A DNA stretch of 62,495 nucleotides, the filler included, from Kipferlia bialata (lineage: Eukaryota): NCBI GenBank assembly GCA_003568945.1. It is 5 parts of 5 records of this genome, joined end to end, with 100 filler letters (N's around TTAATTAATTAA, not from the genome) between each part and the next. Parts side by side here need not be neighbours in the genome. Positions count along the whole stretch, not along the records: positions 35,327 to 52,873 come from BDIP01000526.1; positions 52,974 to 59,545 come from BDIP01000532.1; 3 more parts are not named here. One strand, written 5' to 3'. The notes beneath the pieces are model-generated. The model was not told where the DNA came from. It saw nothing but the letters and a program-made list of their open reading frames with translations, and searched no databases. Every line of letters starts with the position of its first letter. Position 1 is the stretch's first letter. This document shows, piece by piece, positions 41,701-53,481 of this stretch. A program made the position numbers and the translations under genes.

Positions 41701-42039
41701 CTCCCATGGTAGGCTAAGCACTCTGGCATCACTACTCTCAATAATATAGAGACGCCGGGGTCCCTCTGCAGCTCCTAGGTCCCCATCTAAGTGGAGTATC
41801 TTAGCGAACCACTTTCCGAGCCCTGACGCGCATGCGTTAAGTCTTTCCCTGTCGCTCCCACTCGTTTCCTCCGACACATGCGCCAGAAAGTATTCAAGTG
41901 CCTTTCCAACACGAGACCCAGGTTGGAAGGGTGATCGGTGGAGATGGCTGAACTCTCCTGAACTGACCCTCAACCCACAGGCCTCAGAGGAGATCTTGAA
42001 GTGTCTGTCCTCGGCATCTATACGCCCTCGCCCAACCAT
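38722..42039 (-). CDS. CHAT (caspase-like) protease - STAND/NB-ARC-like NTPase - TPR protein, 1105 aa, intronless
   Basis: CHAT motifs LSLPWELL, IHFSGHG (catalytic His), FLGGCHG (catalytic Cys) and PFAWAQLVVF. NTPase motifs FLGRRRE, Walker A HGLGGLGKT, Walker B VVYLDNME and VASTR. C-terminal TPR-like helices (ASSLGRLYAEQHMWGCALRYMQKALRVYE; CGNLGGMFASQG). Confidence 0.9.
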   Translation of the reverse strand: MVGRGRIDAEDRHFKISSEACGLRVSSGEFSHLHRSPFQPGSRVGKALEYFLAHVSEETSGSDRERLNACASGLGKWFAKILHLDGDLGAAEGPRRLYIIESSDARVLSLPWELLQIQDQYVVKTGRVDVVRTSPVCCVKGFERPLRKASTPMSLLVNVSSPEISGKYPLNYEEESWRISQALHTQVGLSFTDLGTVSEFCGAIGDSKPTGIHFSGHGRPGHLEFEDDEGYSDSVSVHNLMEAISGDCTLAPQFCFLGGCHGNTLDTAHGTDTTTAFHLHQQGITHVVAYYGTVADCLCIAAEADVYAGISRGMFTFEAVAAARRRLLLGSEGQSPLVRDNLRKYPFAWAQLVVFSRGGRGWPLSKRVELGDSTELNQLAPPERTYVTDKDGNEVCLATGFLGRRRERHLVRRLHRTSLPPVHVFVFHGLGGLGKTALAYHSALMLQRDTRGHKDTLPLLPIWCKEMSPRRLVHDITSSVHCYIQRHGTTKQRRCLERQIKERGKVGRSEWETVDFEMALETIIEKRKGPQLVVYLDNMESLMHPAGRRIGQWRSHECEYVWKYLSSSARQARLVLVASTRYRNPDILDRECIPVGPLGTHTVLRLMQWFPHLRQLSYDCRRRLAEKQLLHCHRGADLLESLISRDAVPGRTEYDSLYGHLQSVTRSIRSDLSLQELWGCLSDDCQQFLYRATLVLRPMDREFMALLGRDGDEDGDVLLRLVNYSLVQEQRDWEVDSGPKHLIGAKRLYVVLPVVGAFVSTLVGRLRRRQSPGWNAEADVTLFCRLGTELQGRFYTSSDPLERIDAAEYLLLGAEFERAVILLCSAAQACLDEWRPHDASLLLDKANNHLQDLSASTRASLLRVKGVALQMEEKHGDAEEVLDAAVQNSPDYFSQTRLEGHRANAMAKNGKLEVAICLLWLECEAAKECQDFIQVASTLHDFGSRCLQASKQCSDHRENPADTRWEEWFVMAFTSQWEAFLMSRDLPFFTDTHGKAASSLGRLYAEQHMWGCALRYMQKALRVYEGAIPLEKKGMADCCGNLGGMFASQGKELIEHGNHEDGASCISKAKIWYKKCFILMEEVQNPRSLAFYKRVSQELLGSVPQ

Positions 42040-43425
42040 GTCAGCCAGAGGGAATGCAAGTCAAGTGGGATTCTCCTCTGACTCCGTGGCTACGAGCCTG
42101 GAGGTGGGTAGAGACTGGGGGTAGACACAAACGGATACCAGAGTGTATCTATAGAGTATACGCACCCTGCAAGTGACTGTTTGTAACCTCAGGGAGATGC
42201 TTTCACCCTACAGTGAGTGACCCTATGGGGGAGATACAGACGCTGGGTTTGCACCAGGGGGGGGAGGGGGGATATGAGTGTGGAGTGTATACGGTGGGGA
42301 AAACAGTGGATGATGTGTATATATGGCAGACACAACACATAGAGAGAGAGGGGATGGTGTATACATGGCAGACACAGAGGGAGAGAGAGGATGGTATGTA
42401 TATATATAGCAGGCACATAGAGAGAGAGGGTGTGTGAGTGATGGTATGTATACACAGCAGGCACATAGAGAGAGAGAATGGGAGCCATACTAGTGACCTA
42501 CAGCACTGGAGTGGGTAGAGTGTACACAATACGGAGAATGAAAGAGAGAGACCTTGCGCGGTGGAATGTATGTGGGAGAGAGAGAGAGGAGAAGCATGTG
42601 CGACCTGGGGGGGGGGGCGGGGGAGGCATAGAGAGATGTATAGTATGGTGGTTGAGAGAGAGAGGCGTATATCATGACAAAATCCAGGGGGGGGGGGGAC
42701 ACGGCAGGGAGAAGATAACTTGTCTACGGAGACGGGTGGAATACTGCAGGGGACAGTGTCAGTCACGTACTGAGGGTTCACTATGGAGTACACAGTATAC
42801 CTTGAAGAACCGGGAGTGCAGTCCAGGGCTCCTGGTAGTGTTCTGGAGTCAGTGACGCTGGACTGAAATAGTAGATCCATAGTATTGAAGGGGCAGAGTG
42901 AGACATCGTCGTGTATATCATGGGACAGAGGGAAGAGTGTTGTGTATACAGTGTAGGACAGAGAGAATAGGGGCTGGGGATGGTGTCACCCAAGTCAGGG
43001 GTGATAAGTCGAGATATGGTAATGATATATATATGTCTGTTATTATATGGTAATGATATATATACCCTTGACAGCTCAGTGTATACTAAGGTCAAGCATG
43101 CGATATACAAATACATTTTTGACATCCAGGCTTGTACAAGAAACAAATACACTCATGTAGTCAGTGTGGTTGTGCCCACACTCATGTCTGTAGGACGAAG
43201 AGGGAAAGCCGCCCAATTTCAAACTCTGCCACGAGGCAAGCTCCCTGCAAATATCTCACACTACCGTAGCTCCATAACTCACTTAAAAAATACACGCAAG
43301 AGGACCAAGTGACTCACTTAAGGAGGTGGAGGGACTACCGGTACTGATGCACCCAGCTGATTCATTTATGAGAGGGTCCAAAAACGGATCCCACACATAG
43401 TACAACGATTGGCATTATTCGTCCG

Positions 43426-43600
43426 TCAGGGTCTCCAAGGGAGAGCAGGGAAGAAGCTGAATCGATAGACACGTGGGTCAGGTGGTGTGTGGGATGTGGT
43501 ATAGATTCTAGCTGGCAGATGCATCTCATTTAGTCCATCGAGCGTTCTCCGTTCGTCCAAGCAATCGTATCTTGCCCTCACACTGATGCAATCTCCTCTT
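43426..43600 (+). repeat. Diverged direct repeat, copy B
   Basis: TCAGGGTCTCCAAGGGAGAGCAGGGAAGAAGCTGAATCGATAGACACGTGGGTCA... is homologous to the GlnRS 3' end and flank at 38352-38515. Confidence 0.8.
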
Positions 43601-43615
43601 CGTAGATTCATAGGA

Positions 43616-44187
43616 ATGGCCGCTGCTTCCTTCCTCCTCGCTGTCGTGCTTGTACTGTGCACATTCGTATTGGGGTGCAAGGTAGGGCGGGAATAGGGAT
43701 ATGAGACCGAGAGTTGACCTATCTCTTGTAGATTTAGTACTATCCATCTTATCCCTCCTGACCCCCAGGCCTCTGACTCCTATGAGGACTGCGATGTGTG
43801 CTATGCCATGATGGAGGAGACAGAGCACTACATGGCAACAGGACCCACAGAGGAGGTATGGACACACACAACACTCACTCAATCTAATGTTGATGTGCTC
43901 TGACCCCGCAGGACCTGCTTGCCTTTGTCCAGACTGGGTGCTGCCAGGTGCTCTATGACAATGTGAGGGAGGAGCACTCCGCCACACTCGCCAGTGAGGT
44001 CCAGAGGGACTGCCTCCAGGTGGGTGACACTCTACCATCTCTCTCTCTCTCTCTCTCTCTATATAGTTTCTGCTACCTCTCTTTTTACTCTCAGGTCGGC
44101 TCCAGATATGGCAAGGACCTCATGACCCTTCTCCTGGACGACTACTCCCCAGATGTGGTGTGCTCTGTGGTGGGGGTGTGCCACTAG
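43616..44187 (+). CDS. Secreted saposin-like protein (SAPLIP), 4 exons
   Basis: Signal peptide MAAASFLLAVVLVLCTFVLG, then ...EDCDVCYAMMEETEHYM...|DLLAFVQTGCCQVL...RDCLQ|VGSRYGKDLMTLLLDDYSPDVVCSVVGVCH*. This is the saposin-B cysteine pattern with the terminal P..VC..G.C. Confidence 0.8.
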
Positions 44188-44500
44188 ACAATACCTCAGG
44201 CTTAGCCACTACGAGGATAAGCATATAGCCACCCGTTTAGATACAGTACCCACCTTTAGTGTGTTGGAGTTTGATTAGTAGGCATTGGTAGACTAGTACC
44301 CAATCCCCCCTTAGTTCGTTGCAAGTAGAGGTAACATCATAATAGATATGTCGTCCTTTGTGTCTGGGTTCTCTGGTCAGGGTATCCACTCTGTCTCTCC
44401 CCCCTCTCTCACGGACTAACCCGTAGAGACACGTGGCAAATGACTATGTCCACGAATGCATGATACGGGGGACGGGACTAGACCTACGCGGCATAATCAA

Positions 44501-45119
44501 ATGCCGTTGACAAGGTCAAACACCAAGTGCGGGTATCTCTTCTCCTCTGGTGTCGCAGAGCCATGGTTCGTAGGCCTCTTCTGGCAATGCCCCTCTCTCT
44601 CTCTGTGCACTGACCCCCAGTCATGTCGCTACCGTTCCTGGGTGCGTAGAGTGTGTGTAATAGTGTATGGCTGCATGGGGTTGGTCCCAGTGCTCATATT
44701 CCTATTTCTGCAATATCGACTACTAACCCTGTATATTTGCCACATATATACACACCCTTACACCCTAGGGAAGTTCCAGTGGGCCAAACGAGTGAAGGAT
44801 GCAGCCATGCAGGATGTGGACGGTTAGACTCTCTCTCTCTCTCTGTCAGATTGTCATGCACTGTCTCTAGCTCTCTCATGTCCCCCCCCCCCCCCCCTCG
44901 ACTATTAGTCACTGTCCACTCTCATCTCTCCGTTCACCCTACTGATGACCCCAGGCCAGCCCAACTGGAGCCGTGTTATGATCCTGTGTGACACCACCAG
45001 CCACACAGCCACAGGTACATGCCCTCTCTCCCTTCACCCCACCCCTTCTCTCTCTCCCCCCAGGTCTCCATAATGTCATCATAGGACTACGTTCTCTCTC
45101 TCTGCCCCCCCCCCCCCCC

Positions 45120-45151
<32 letters not shown>

Positions 45152-45458
45152 CCCACTTCTCTCTCTCTCTCTCTCTCTCTCTCCTTCTCTCTTCTCCACT
45201 AGGTGTATTACTCACTCCACAGGTCATCCGGCTGCATATGTAGATATAACGACATACAGGATATATATATACTATATTACATTTTGTATACACTCATGCC
45301 TAGGTCATCCAGCCCTCTGAGGACCAGGCCTCTGCCTATATACATACAGTATATATATATATATATATATGTACTATATATATGTATATATACACTTATA
45401 CCCAGGTCATCCAGCCCTCTGAGGACCAGGCCTCTGCCTATATACATACAGAATACAG

Positions 45459-45491
<33 letters not shown>

Positions 45492-46227
45492 GCTTTATAT
45501 ATATGTATATATTATGTACCTATACCCAGGTCATCCAGCCCTCTGAGGACCAGGCCTCTGCCTGTGACACCATGGAGATACCAGACCTGGTACAGGCCCT
45601 AATCGATGGTACATACAGGATATCTATAGTATATAGTATATAGTATATGTATACACTATAGTAGTGTGACACCATGGAGATACTAGACCTGGTGACAGCA
45701 CTGATAGATGGTACGTATATATATACATATTTTACAAAATGTACAGTATTCATAGAGTGTATAGAGTATGGAGATACCAGACCTCGAACAGGTGCTGATA
45801 GATAGTATGGGGATATATACTGTATGCATGGATATACCATACATGGCTATACCATACTAGTATACATTGATATAGATTGATGAATACACAGTACCACCCA
45901 GACCGCAATCTCAACTTCTTAAGTATCTCTTCCTCTCTCTCTCTCTCTCTCTCTCTTTCTAGACCCTTATATTAGGCTACAATGTCAACNNNNNNNNNNN
46001 NNNNNNNNNNNNNNNNNNNNNNNATATTAGGCTACAATGTCAACTTTTTGGCCAGACTCTCTCTCTCTCTCTCTCTCTCTCTAGACCCTTATATTAGGCT
46101 ACAATGTCAACTTTTTGGCCAATGGGCAGACTGGGAGTGGCAAGACACACACAGTGTTTGGGCCTCCAACAAGTACGACACTCTCTCTCTCTATGTATCA
46201 AGTATGGATATATACTACTATTCCCTA

Positions 46228-46258
<31 letters not shown>

Positions 46259-49200
46259 CATCTATCTATATATCTAACATTAACAAGCATGTAATCACAC
46301 ACATAGTAGTGTTTGGGCCTCCATCAAGTATGTATATGAAAGTGTAATTCAAATATATCGGCATAGATCTATATATGTATGCTGTTGTACCTCGCTACTC
46401 TATTAGGTTGACTGGGCGTACTCTGATTTTGGGTAATGTCCATCTCTCTTTCTACATATATATGTACATATATCCATATATGCCTCTTTCAGTTGACGGG
46501 ATATAGTCAGCCTCTCTCTCTCTCTCTCTACTAATACATATTCATATATTCACCTACTAACATTTAGTCGATTGTGAATCCTCTGACTCTGCCCCAGACT
46601 AAGACAATACTCTCTCTCTCTCTCTCTCTCTACCCCTAGTTGACTGGGCCTCCTCTGCCTCTGCCCCAGACTATGGGTTCCTTCCTAGGGCAGCACTGCT
46701 CATCCATGAGAGACTGCAGGAGATGGAGGGTATGGTATAGTCCCATACCTCTAGATTACTATCAATGTGTACAATTGGGCGTCCACGTTTACGTCTTTCA
46801 CATATATATAGATACTCATACGTTTCTGACATTCTCTAGGCCTATCTTGGTACATACATGTATGATTGGTACACATGTCTCACCCCAGCCACCACTGGTG
46901 ACACCCACGTGCTGACAGGGGCCATGCTGGAGACAGGGTATAACACACACCTGCACATTCACATATACGTATATGTGTGAATGTATTCTGATATACTACT
47001 ACTATATATATATATATATTCATATTAGACAGGGTAGTGTATATATGTGCTGACAGGGGCCATGCTGGTGACAGTGTAATGGTAATACATATGTATATAG
47101 CAACACAGCTTAGTATATATATGCAGTATGTGTATAGTATATATATACAGTATGTGTATAGTATATATAGTATATATATACAGTATGTGTATAGTATGTA
47201 TAGTATATATATACAGTATGNNNNNNNNNNNNNNNCAGTATGTGTATAGTATGTATAGTATATATATACAGTATGTGTATAGTATGTATATACATACTGG
47301 ACACGGTCCATGCTGGAGGCAGGGTGGGTATAGAGATCTGAATACTGCAAGTTAAGATCCTATGAACTAATTACGTACTTACTCAGGTACGTACCTCTTT
47401 GAGCTTCTCGACACTAATACTAATACTATTCTAATGCTAATCTAAAACTAAGCTAATACTAATCTAATACTAATCTAATGCTGATGTATGAGACACTGAT
47501 GGTATTCTTAGAATGTTCTTAGATACCTTTGAATCAGTATTGTACTTACTCAGGTATGCGTACCTCTTTGACCTACTGGACAACAAGAAGATCTGCTATC
47601 TGGACCAGGACCATGAGGTGGTGGGGGCACAGCAGGTATGCAGTATATATATGTATATGTGTATGTGTGTGTATTTGTACTGTTCACTTCTATATAATAT
47701 AGATACTTATATGTATACTACAATTATATATATTCATATGTCTATCTGGACCAGGACCATGAGGTGGTGGGGGCAAAGCAGGTGTGTATATAGATATATA
47801 CTAATCTGAATACCATATTGTGTGTGTGTATATACATTATTGTAGAATATTTTCTGAATATGCCTTGGGGCACAGCAGGTATACAGTATATATATGTATA
47901 TATACATGAATTTGTATCATTGTGTTTCCATACATGATATATAGATATATGGCCCGGAGCCTAAGATCGGGACACCAAGTATATGTGTATGAGTATCTCT
48001 TTGTCTCTCCCCCTCCCTCTATCTCTCTCTCTATATCTAACGCCAGGTCTCCCTAGTCTCTCTCTCTCCCCCCTTCCTATATATATCTATCTCCTTCCAA
48101 CCCCAGGTGTCCCTAGACTCTCCTTCTGCCATCCTCTCCTTCATAGCTAGGGTCGAGGACAGGTCCACAAAGGCCACGGTGAGTATTGACCATAATAGTA
48201 TACTGCAAATATCTATATATATATCTATAATAGTCTATACTGCATATATATACAATAGTCTATACTATATTGATGTGTGGTGAGTATGCTTAGTGCACAA
48301 AGCACTAGTGGTTCATAATGGTTGACACCATTGACTCCATGTTCTAAGAAGTACAAGCATTCACAAAACCACAGCAAGTACTGTCCATAATATAGGCGTA
48401 AATAGCTATATCAGTACATGTCATTTCTTTCTTCCCCTTTGTTCTTTTCCGCAACACGTAGTCCAAGACCCTATTGTTCTCTCTCTCTCTCTCTCTCCCT
48501 CTACAACCTTATTCCAGGGCATGAATGATACTTCCTCCAGAACACACTGTGTCGTGCAGCTTAGGTACTGGATATTCAGTGTATATTAGACATAGTATAC
48601 GTGTTTCGTCGTGGTATCTTCATCCATATATTACTACTGGATATAGCAGCGACATACGATATATTTCTGTTGCATTTGCACTGTAATTGCCCTTGCCCAG
48701 TCCAGGCTCTGGAGACACAATTGATGGTATGCATGTAGTGTATGTATATAGTTAAGTATATTGCTACCCCCAGGCTCTGGAGACATAACAAGAAGACGGG
48801 CAAAGTTAGATCCAGCACACTCAATGTGTTGGACCTGGCAGGTGCGTTTGACTTCTGCAGACCTAGCATTGACCACCCTTGACTGGCCTAACTCGCAGGG
48901 GCAGAGCGACTATCGGAGGCACATGAGATGTACATGGACTTGGGAAATGCCACTGCCGCCCAGAAGAAGTACGTAAATAGATGTTTATCCGGACAATGAT
49001 ATATTCATCTATTGACACATTCATACACACTGATTCACTGACTTCCAAACGGTTTGTACTCATATCTAGGAGCATTCGAATTCTAGAAGGGACACAATTG
49101 TATATAGCTATTCTCCAGTCGTCCGATATTAATTCATTATATCTTGTGTATATTATCTAATTGTATCTTATTATATTGATATACTATACCTTATATTGAT

Positions 49201-51932
49201 TAACTATACCTTATACACAGGAGCATTCTAGAGGGAATGTTCAACAACTTCACTCTACACACCTTTGACAGGCTGGTACTGCAGATACACGACAACATGA
49301 GGAGAAAGAGAGACCCAGGTGATATATATATATATATATATTTATACTTACATGTATATCTATATATCTATATATATATATCTGTATAGATCATACTGAT
49401 ACACTACAACATGAGGAGAAAGAGAGACTCAGGTGGATACACAACATACTGAATACGTTTCAAACAAATGGCAGTACTAACTATTATGTATCTCTAGTGT
49501 GTATCTGCATGTATGAGTATGCCTCCCAACATCAGGTGCCGGTGTACTATCTATGCATCTATAATGTATATACATGTATATGCATTAGTATGCCACCCAA
49601 CATCAGGTGCCGGTGTACAGTTCAGGGTGTGCTGTCTCACTAGGTAAGCATACTCTCTAGCCTATATAAGAAAGTGAGTCACATATATACATGTATATAC
49701 TAATAGTATATAGTATAGTATATAGTATATACTATGCAGCCATCACAAGTGACAGTTCAGGGTGTGCTGTCTCACTAGGTACGATCTCTCTCTCTCTCTC
49801 TACGATACATATACAATAGATGCATATCCTTACCCAAGGCATGGTTACTCTTTATGTATAATATATATATATAATATATATATAGAGTACAGTTCAGGGT
49901 GTGCTGTCTCACTAGGTACGAGGCAGAATCTAACCCATAATTGTGCCAAGATTCAATAATGTATTAGCATGTCTCTTTCCCAGTATCGTGTAAGATGACT
50001 GTAACTGCCATATGTACACTGGCGCTGACCCTCAGGGTCCTGAGAGGAAGTCTGTGTCCAGACAATGCAGCCATCACAAGTGAGTCACACATGATACTAA
50101 TAGTATATAGTATAGTATATAGTATATAGAGTACGTATCTTCATATCTGTATAGCCATCACAAGTGAGTCACACATGATACTAACAGTTAGACGTTGATA
50201 TCCTGTATTTGTGTTAATAGTACATAATGAGATGAATGAACTGCCCCAGTATTGCTTTGCATACCCAAGGAACTGTGTGGTTGTTGTTGCTGTATCGAGA
50301 AATAGCTCATTATTCTATACTTGTCTCTGTTCCAGTGTTGGTAATGTATACTGACAGGACATTATACACATGTATACATATCCTTACCCAAGGCATGGTT
50401 GTTCCTGTGTCCCAGAACCCTGCCAACTGGAGACCCACAAAGTATGTAGTAGGACTATATTTGTTGCAGTATATCTAATATAGATACAATATGACTGAAG
50501 CTAGTATATTAGTAATAATTAATACAAATATTGCAATAGTGTAGAAGTACTATGTAATGATAATAATAAGTACGATAATAATGAGTACATAGAATAATGA
50601 TTAGAGACCCACACATCGTATGGCACTATAAATCATACTGTATGTTTGTGAATGGTTGTATATTGAATTGATACTTCTCACTCTCCAGAGACGCCCTAGC
50701 CCTTGGAGAGAGGATATCCATGCTCAGGTAACACGATATGCGATATTCTCCTATATACATATATATATATATACATATATATACATATATATATATATAG
50801 AGAGAGAGAGAGGATATCCATGCTCAGTTACCGCAGAATTCATATGTGCTATTTCCACCATTCATTGTAAGCTACTGGAGAACGGCAATACGTCACCTTC
50901 ACCTACGTAGATGGCTGTCTATGTATGTATATGTATGTATATGTATATGTATATGGTATAGAATGTATATATATGTATATGTATTTATATGGCTGTGTGG
51001 CAGATGGATTGTCTGGGTGGGGGAATACGCTACACAACTAGCATTCTCTCTATTGTTCATCCGACCGTAGGATGCTGTAGATAGACAATATAGTAATGTG
51101 ATGTATTATAATGTAATATATAAATAGTTAGTATAGACAATATAATATAATATATATGTTAGTATTATGCACTGATAGCAGGATGAAACCCAAGCGGCAG
51201 AGGGCCGTGCCTCTTGATAGACTGGTATCACAGCTGGAGAGGTCTCTCTCTGAGGCAAAGGCCACCCTCAAGAGGTAAAGATGTATAGACAGTGGGGTAT
51301 TTTAGTATATATTGTATACTACCAGGCATAGATATCCCAGTGTGTTGATATACATATATATACACTTAGATATATGGGTGAGTATGACTGCACTATCGAT
51401 CATATTGAATATATATGTATATATTGTAGATACATACATATATACATACGTACATGGTTGTACTAACCCCTAGGATGAAGTCCTCTGCCATGTGTGCCGG
51501 TGGCAACCTGTCAATATGTATATATATGTATATATATGATGTAATAGTATGGTATCTATATATGAGTATATGTCTCTAACCCCTAGGATGAAGTCCTCTG
51601 CCATGTGTGCCGGTGGCAACCTGTTAATTTGTATATATATATATATATATGATGTAATATTGCACAGAATAGTATAGTATCTATATATGAGTATATCTCT
51701 CTAACGTCATAGGATGAAGTCCTCTGCCATGTGTGCCGGTGGCAAGACATACAAGTACACGGGGATCAGAGAGGGAGGTACGAAGGCAGTACTATACCCA
51801 TATAGTTGCTATATCCACTACATACACATACACGTGTTCCCACTGATATATGTTATGTATATGTACTCACTCACAGAGATACGTTCTGGCTACCCCCTTC
51901 TGGAGTTACTGAAGGGACTATCAGAGAGCTAG
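44501..51932 (+). CDS. Divergent kinesin motor protein, about 20 exons; start uncertain
   Basis: GYNVNFLANGQTGSGKTHTVFG (P-loop), YGFLPRAA, YLFDLLD, MNDTSSRTH (switch I), LNVLDLAG|AER (switch II), LTRVLRGSL; ends ...LLKGLSES*. Confidence 0.88.
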
Positions 51933-52633
51933 AACAGACACATAGATAGATATGAGAGAGAGAGAGAGAGAGACAGGAGGACTGTGGAGCGATGCGGAGT
52001 ATTAGGGAAGCTATAGGTAGCGAGTCTCTCCGAGAGACTCTGATGTAGTCTTAGTAGCACTATGATACCATGACTGGCATTACCCAGCCAGATACCAGTA
52101 GAAGGGTCAGACAGGTGTATGTATCGATGTATGTTCACTCAATAGACTGTATAGATAGTGTATTCTGAGTGTAGTATACTACATATGGGTATACTCTCAG
52201 TTAACAGAGTGGATTCTGAGGACAACTGATATCAAGTGTTACTGAATGTATCGATTCTATGGCGATGTCCTTGTCAATATATTGAATGTATTGACACACT
52301 GAGAACAATTGACACTGCTACTAATACTGAGTATTCAGAATTTGGACCATTGGTTTTAGTCTCAAACTTTGGGACCACCCATTACACAAATAGGTTTAGT
52401 ATTTATGTTGAATTGTTCAAACATCGACAGTGGAAGAGATTCTCATCAAGCCAAGCAGATGAACTGACTGGAGCCTTAGACATGCAGCAGTGGTCACAAC
52501 ACATTCCATCTATCACCAAACACAACGATATCCCTCACTACAACACAGTGGTGCGTCCAACAAGACCTTGCCTCCTATTCTCCCCTCTCTCGAACCAGTA
52601 CACATAATGTACACCCTGACTCCTGGAACTAGG

Positions 52634-52833
52634 CTAGTAGACCCCCTCAAGCATCATGTTCTTCAGCCTCTGCACCGTTGTTGTCCTCCATCTTACATCA
52701 GTAGTATATATTGTAGACTCTCTTAGATACTGATACTGATACTGACACTGATAAGTAGCAGTCTACTACCTATACTGATGTTACTTATACTGATACTGCT
52801 GCTCACCTCACACAGGGGTAGGGCTGGGCCAGC
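52634..52833 (-). CDS. Last two exons of an unidentified gene, truncated by the contig end
   Basis: LAQPYPCVR|WRTTTVQRLKNMMLEGVY* with GT-AG boundaries. Confidence 0.35.
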
Positions 52834-52917
52834 TATATATTATTTATATATATAAAATTTGAAAATATATAATNNNNNNNNNNNNNNNNNNNNNNNNNNN
52901 NNNNNNNNNNNNNNNNN

Positions 52918-52929
52918 TTAATTAATTAA
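52918..52929. other. Artificial contig-joining spacer
   Basis: TTAATTAATTAA in an N run. Confidence 0.95.
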
Positions 52930-52992
52930 NNNNNNNNNNNNNNNNNNNNNNNNNNNNNNNNNNNNNNNNNNNNATCATCTATCTCACCCCAG

Positions 52993-53445
52993 GCGTGTGA
53001 GGGAACTGGAGGAGAGGGACAGGGAGAGGGAGAGAAGGCCTGGCTCAAAGGCTAGGTATGTGGATATATCGGTATGTTGTAGCAATGGTGTTTGTGGTTC
53101 TATGTTTGTGTTATTCTCTACAGTATTACCATGTAGAATTTCTCTGAGAATTTCTGTATTGTATTGCAATTGACCCCCCAGGAAGGCTGTGCAGCGTGGT
53201 GTCAGGGGCCGGTCACCCTCGCCCATGGCCCAGAGGGCAGGGGTGGATAGGCTATCAAGGTATACAATATATGTATATATATATAGAGAGAGAGAGAGTG
53301 AGTCACCCATGGCCCAGAGGGCAGGGGTGGATAGGCTATCAAGGTATATACAATATATGTATATATAGAGTAGATAGAGAGAGAGAGTCCCCCTCCCCCA
53401 TGGCCCAGAGGGCAGGGGTGGACAGACTGTCAAGGTATATACAGG

Positions 53446-53481
<36 letters not shown>

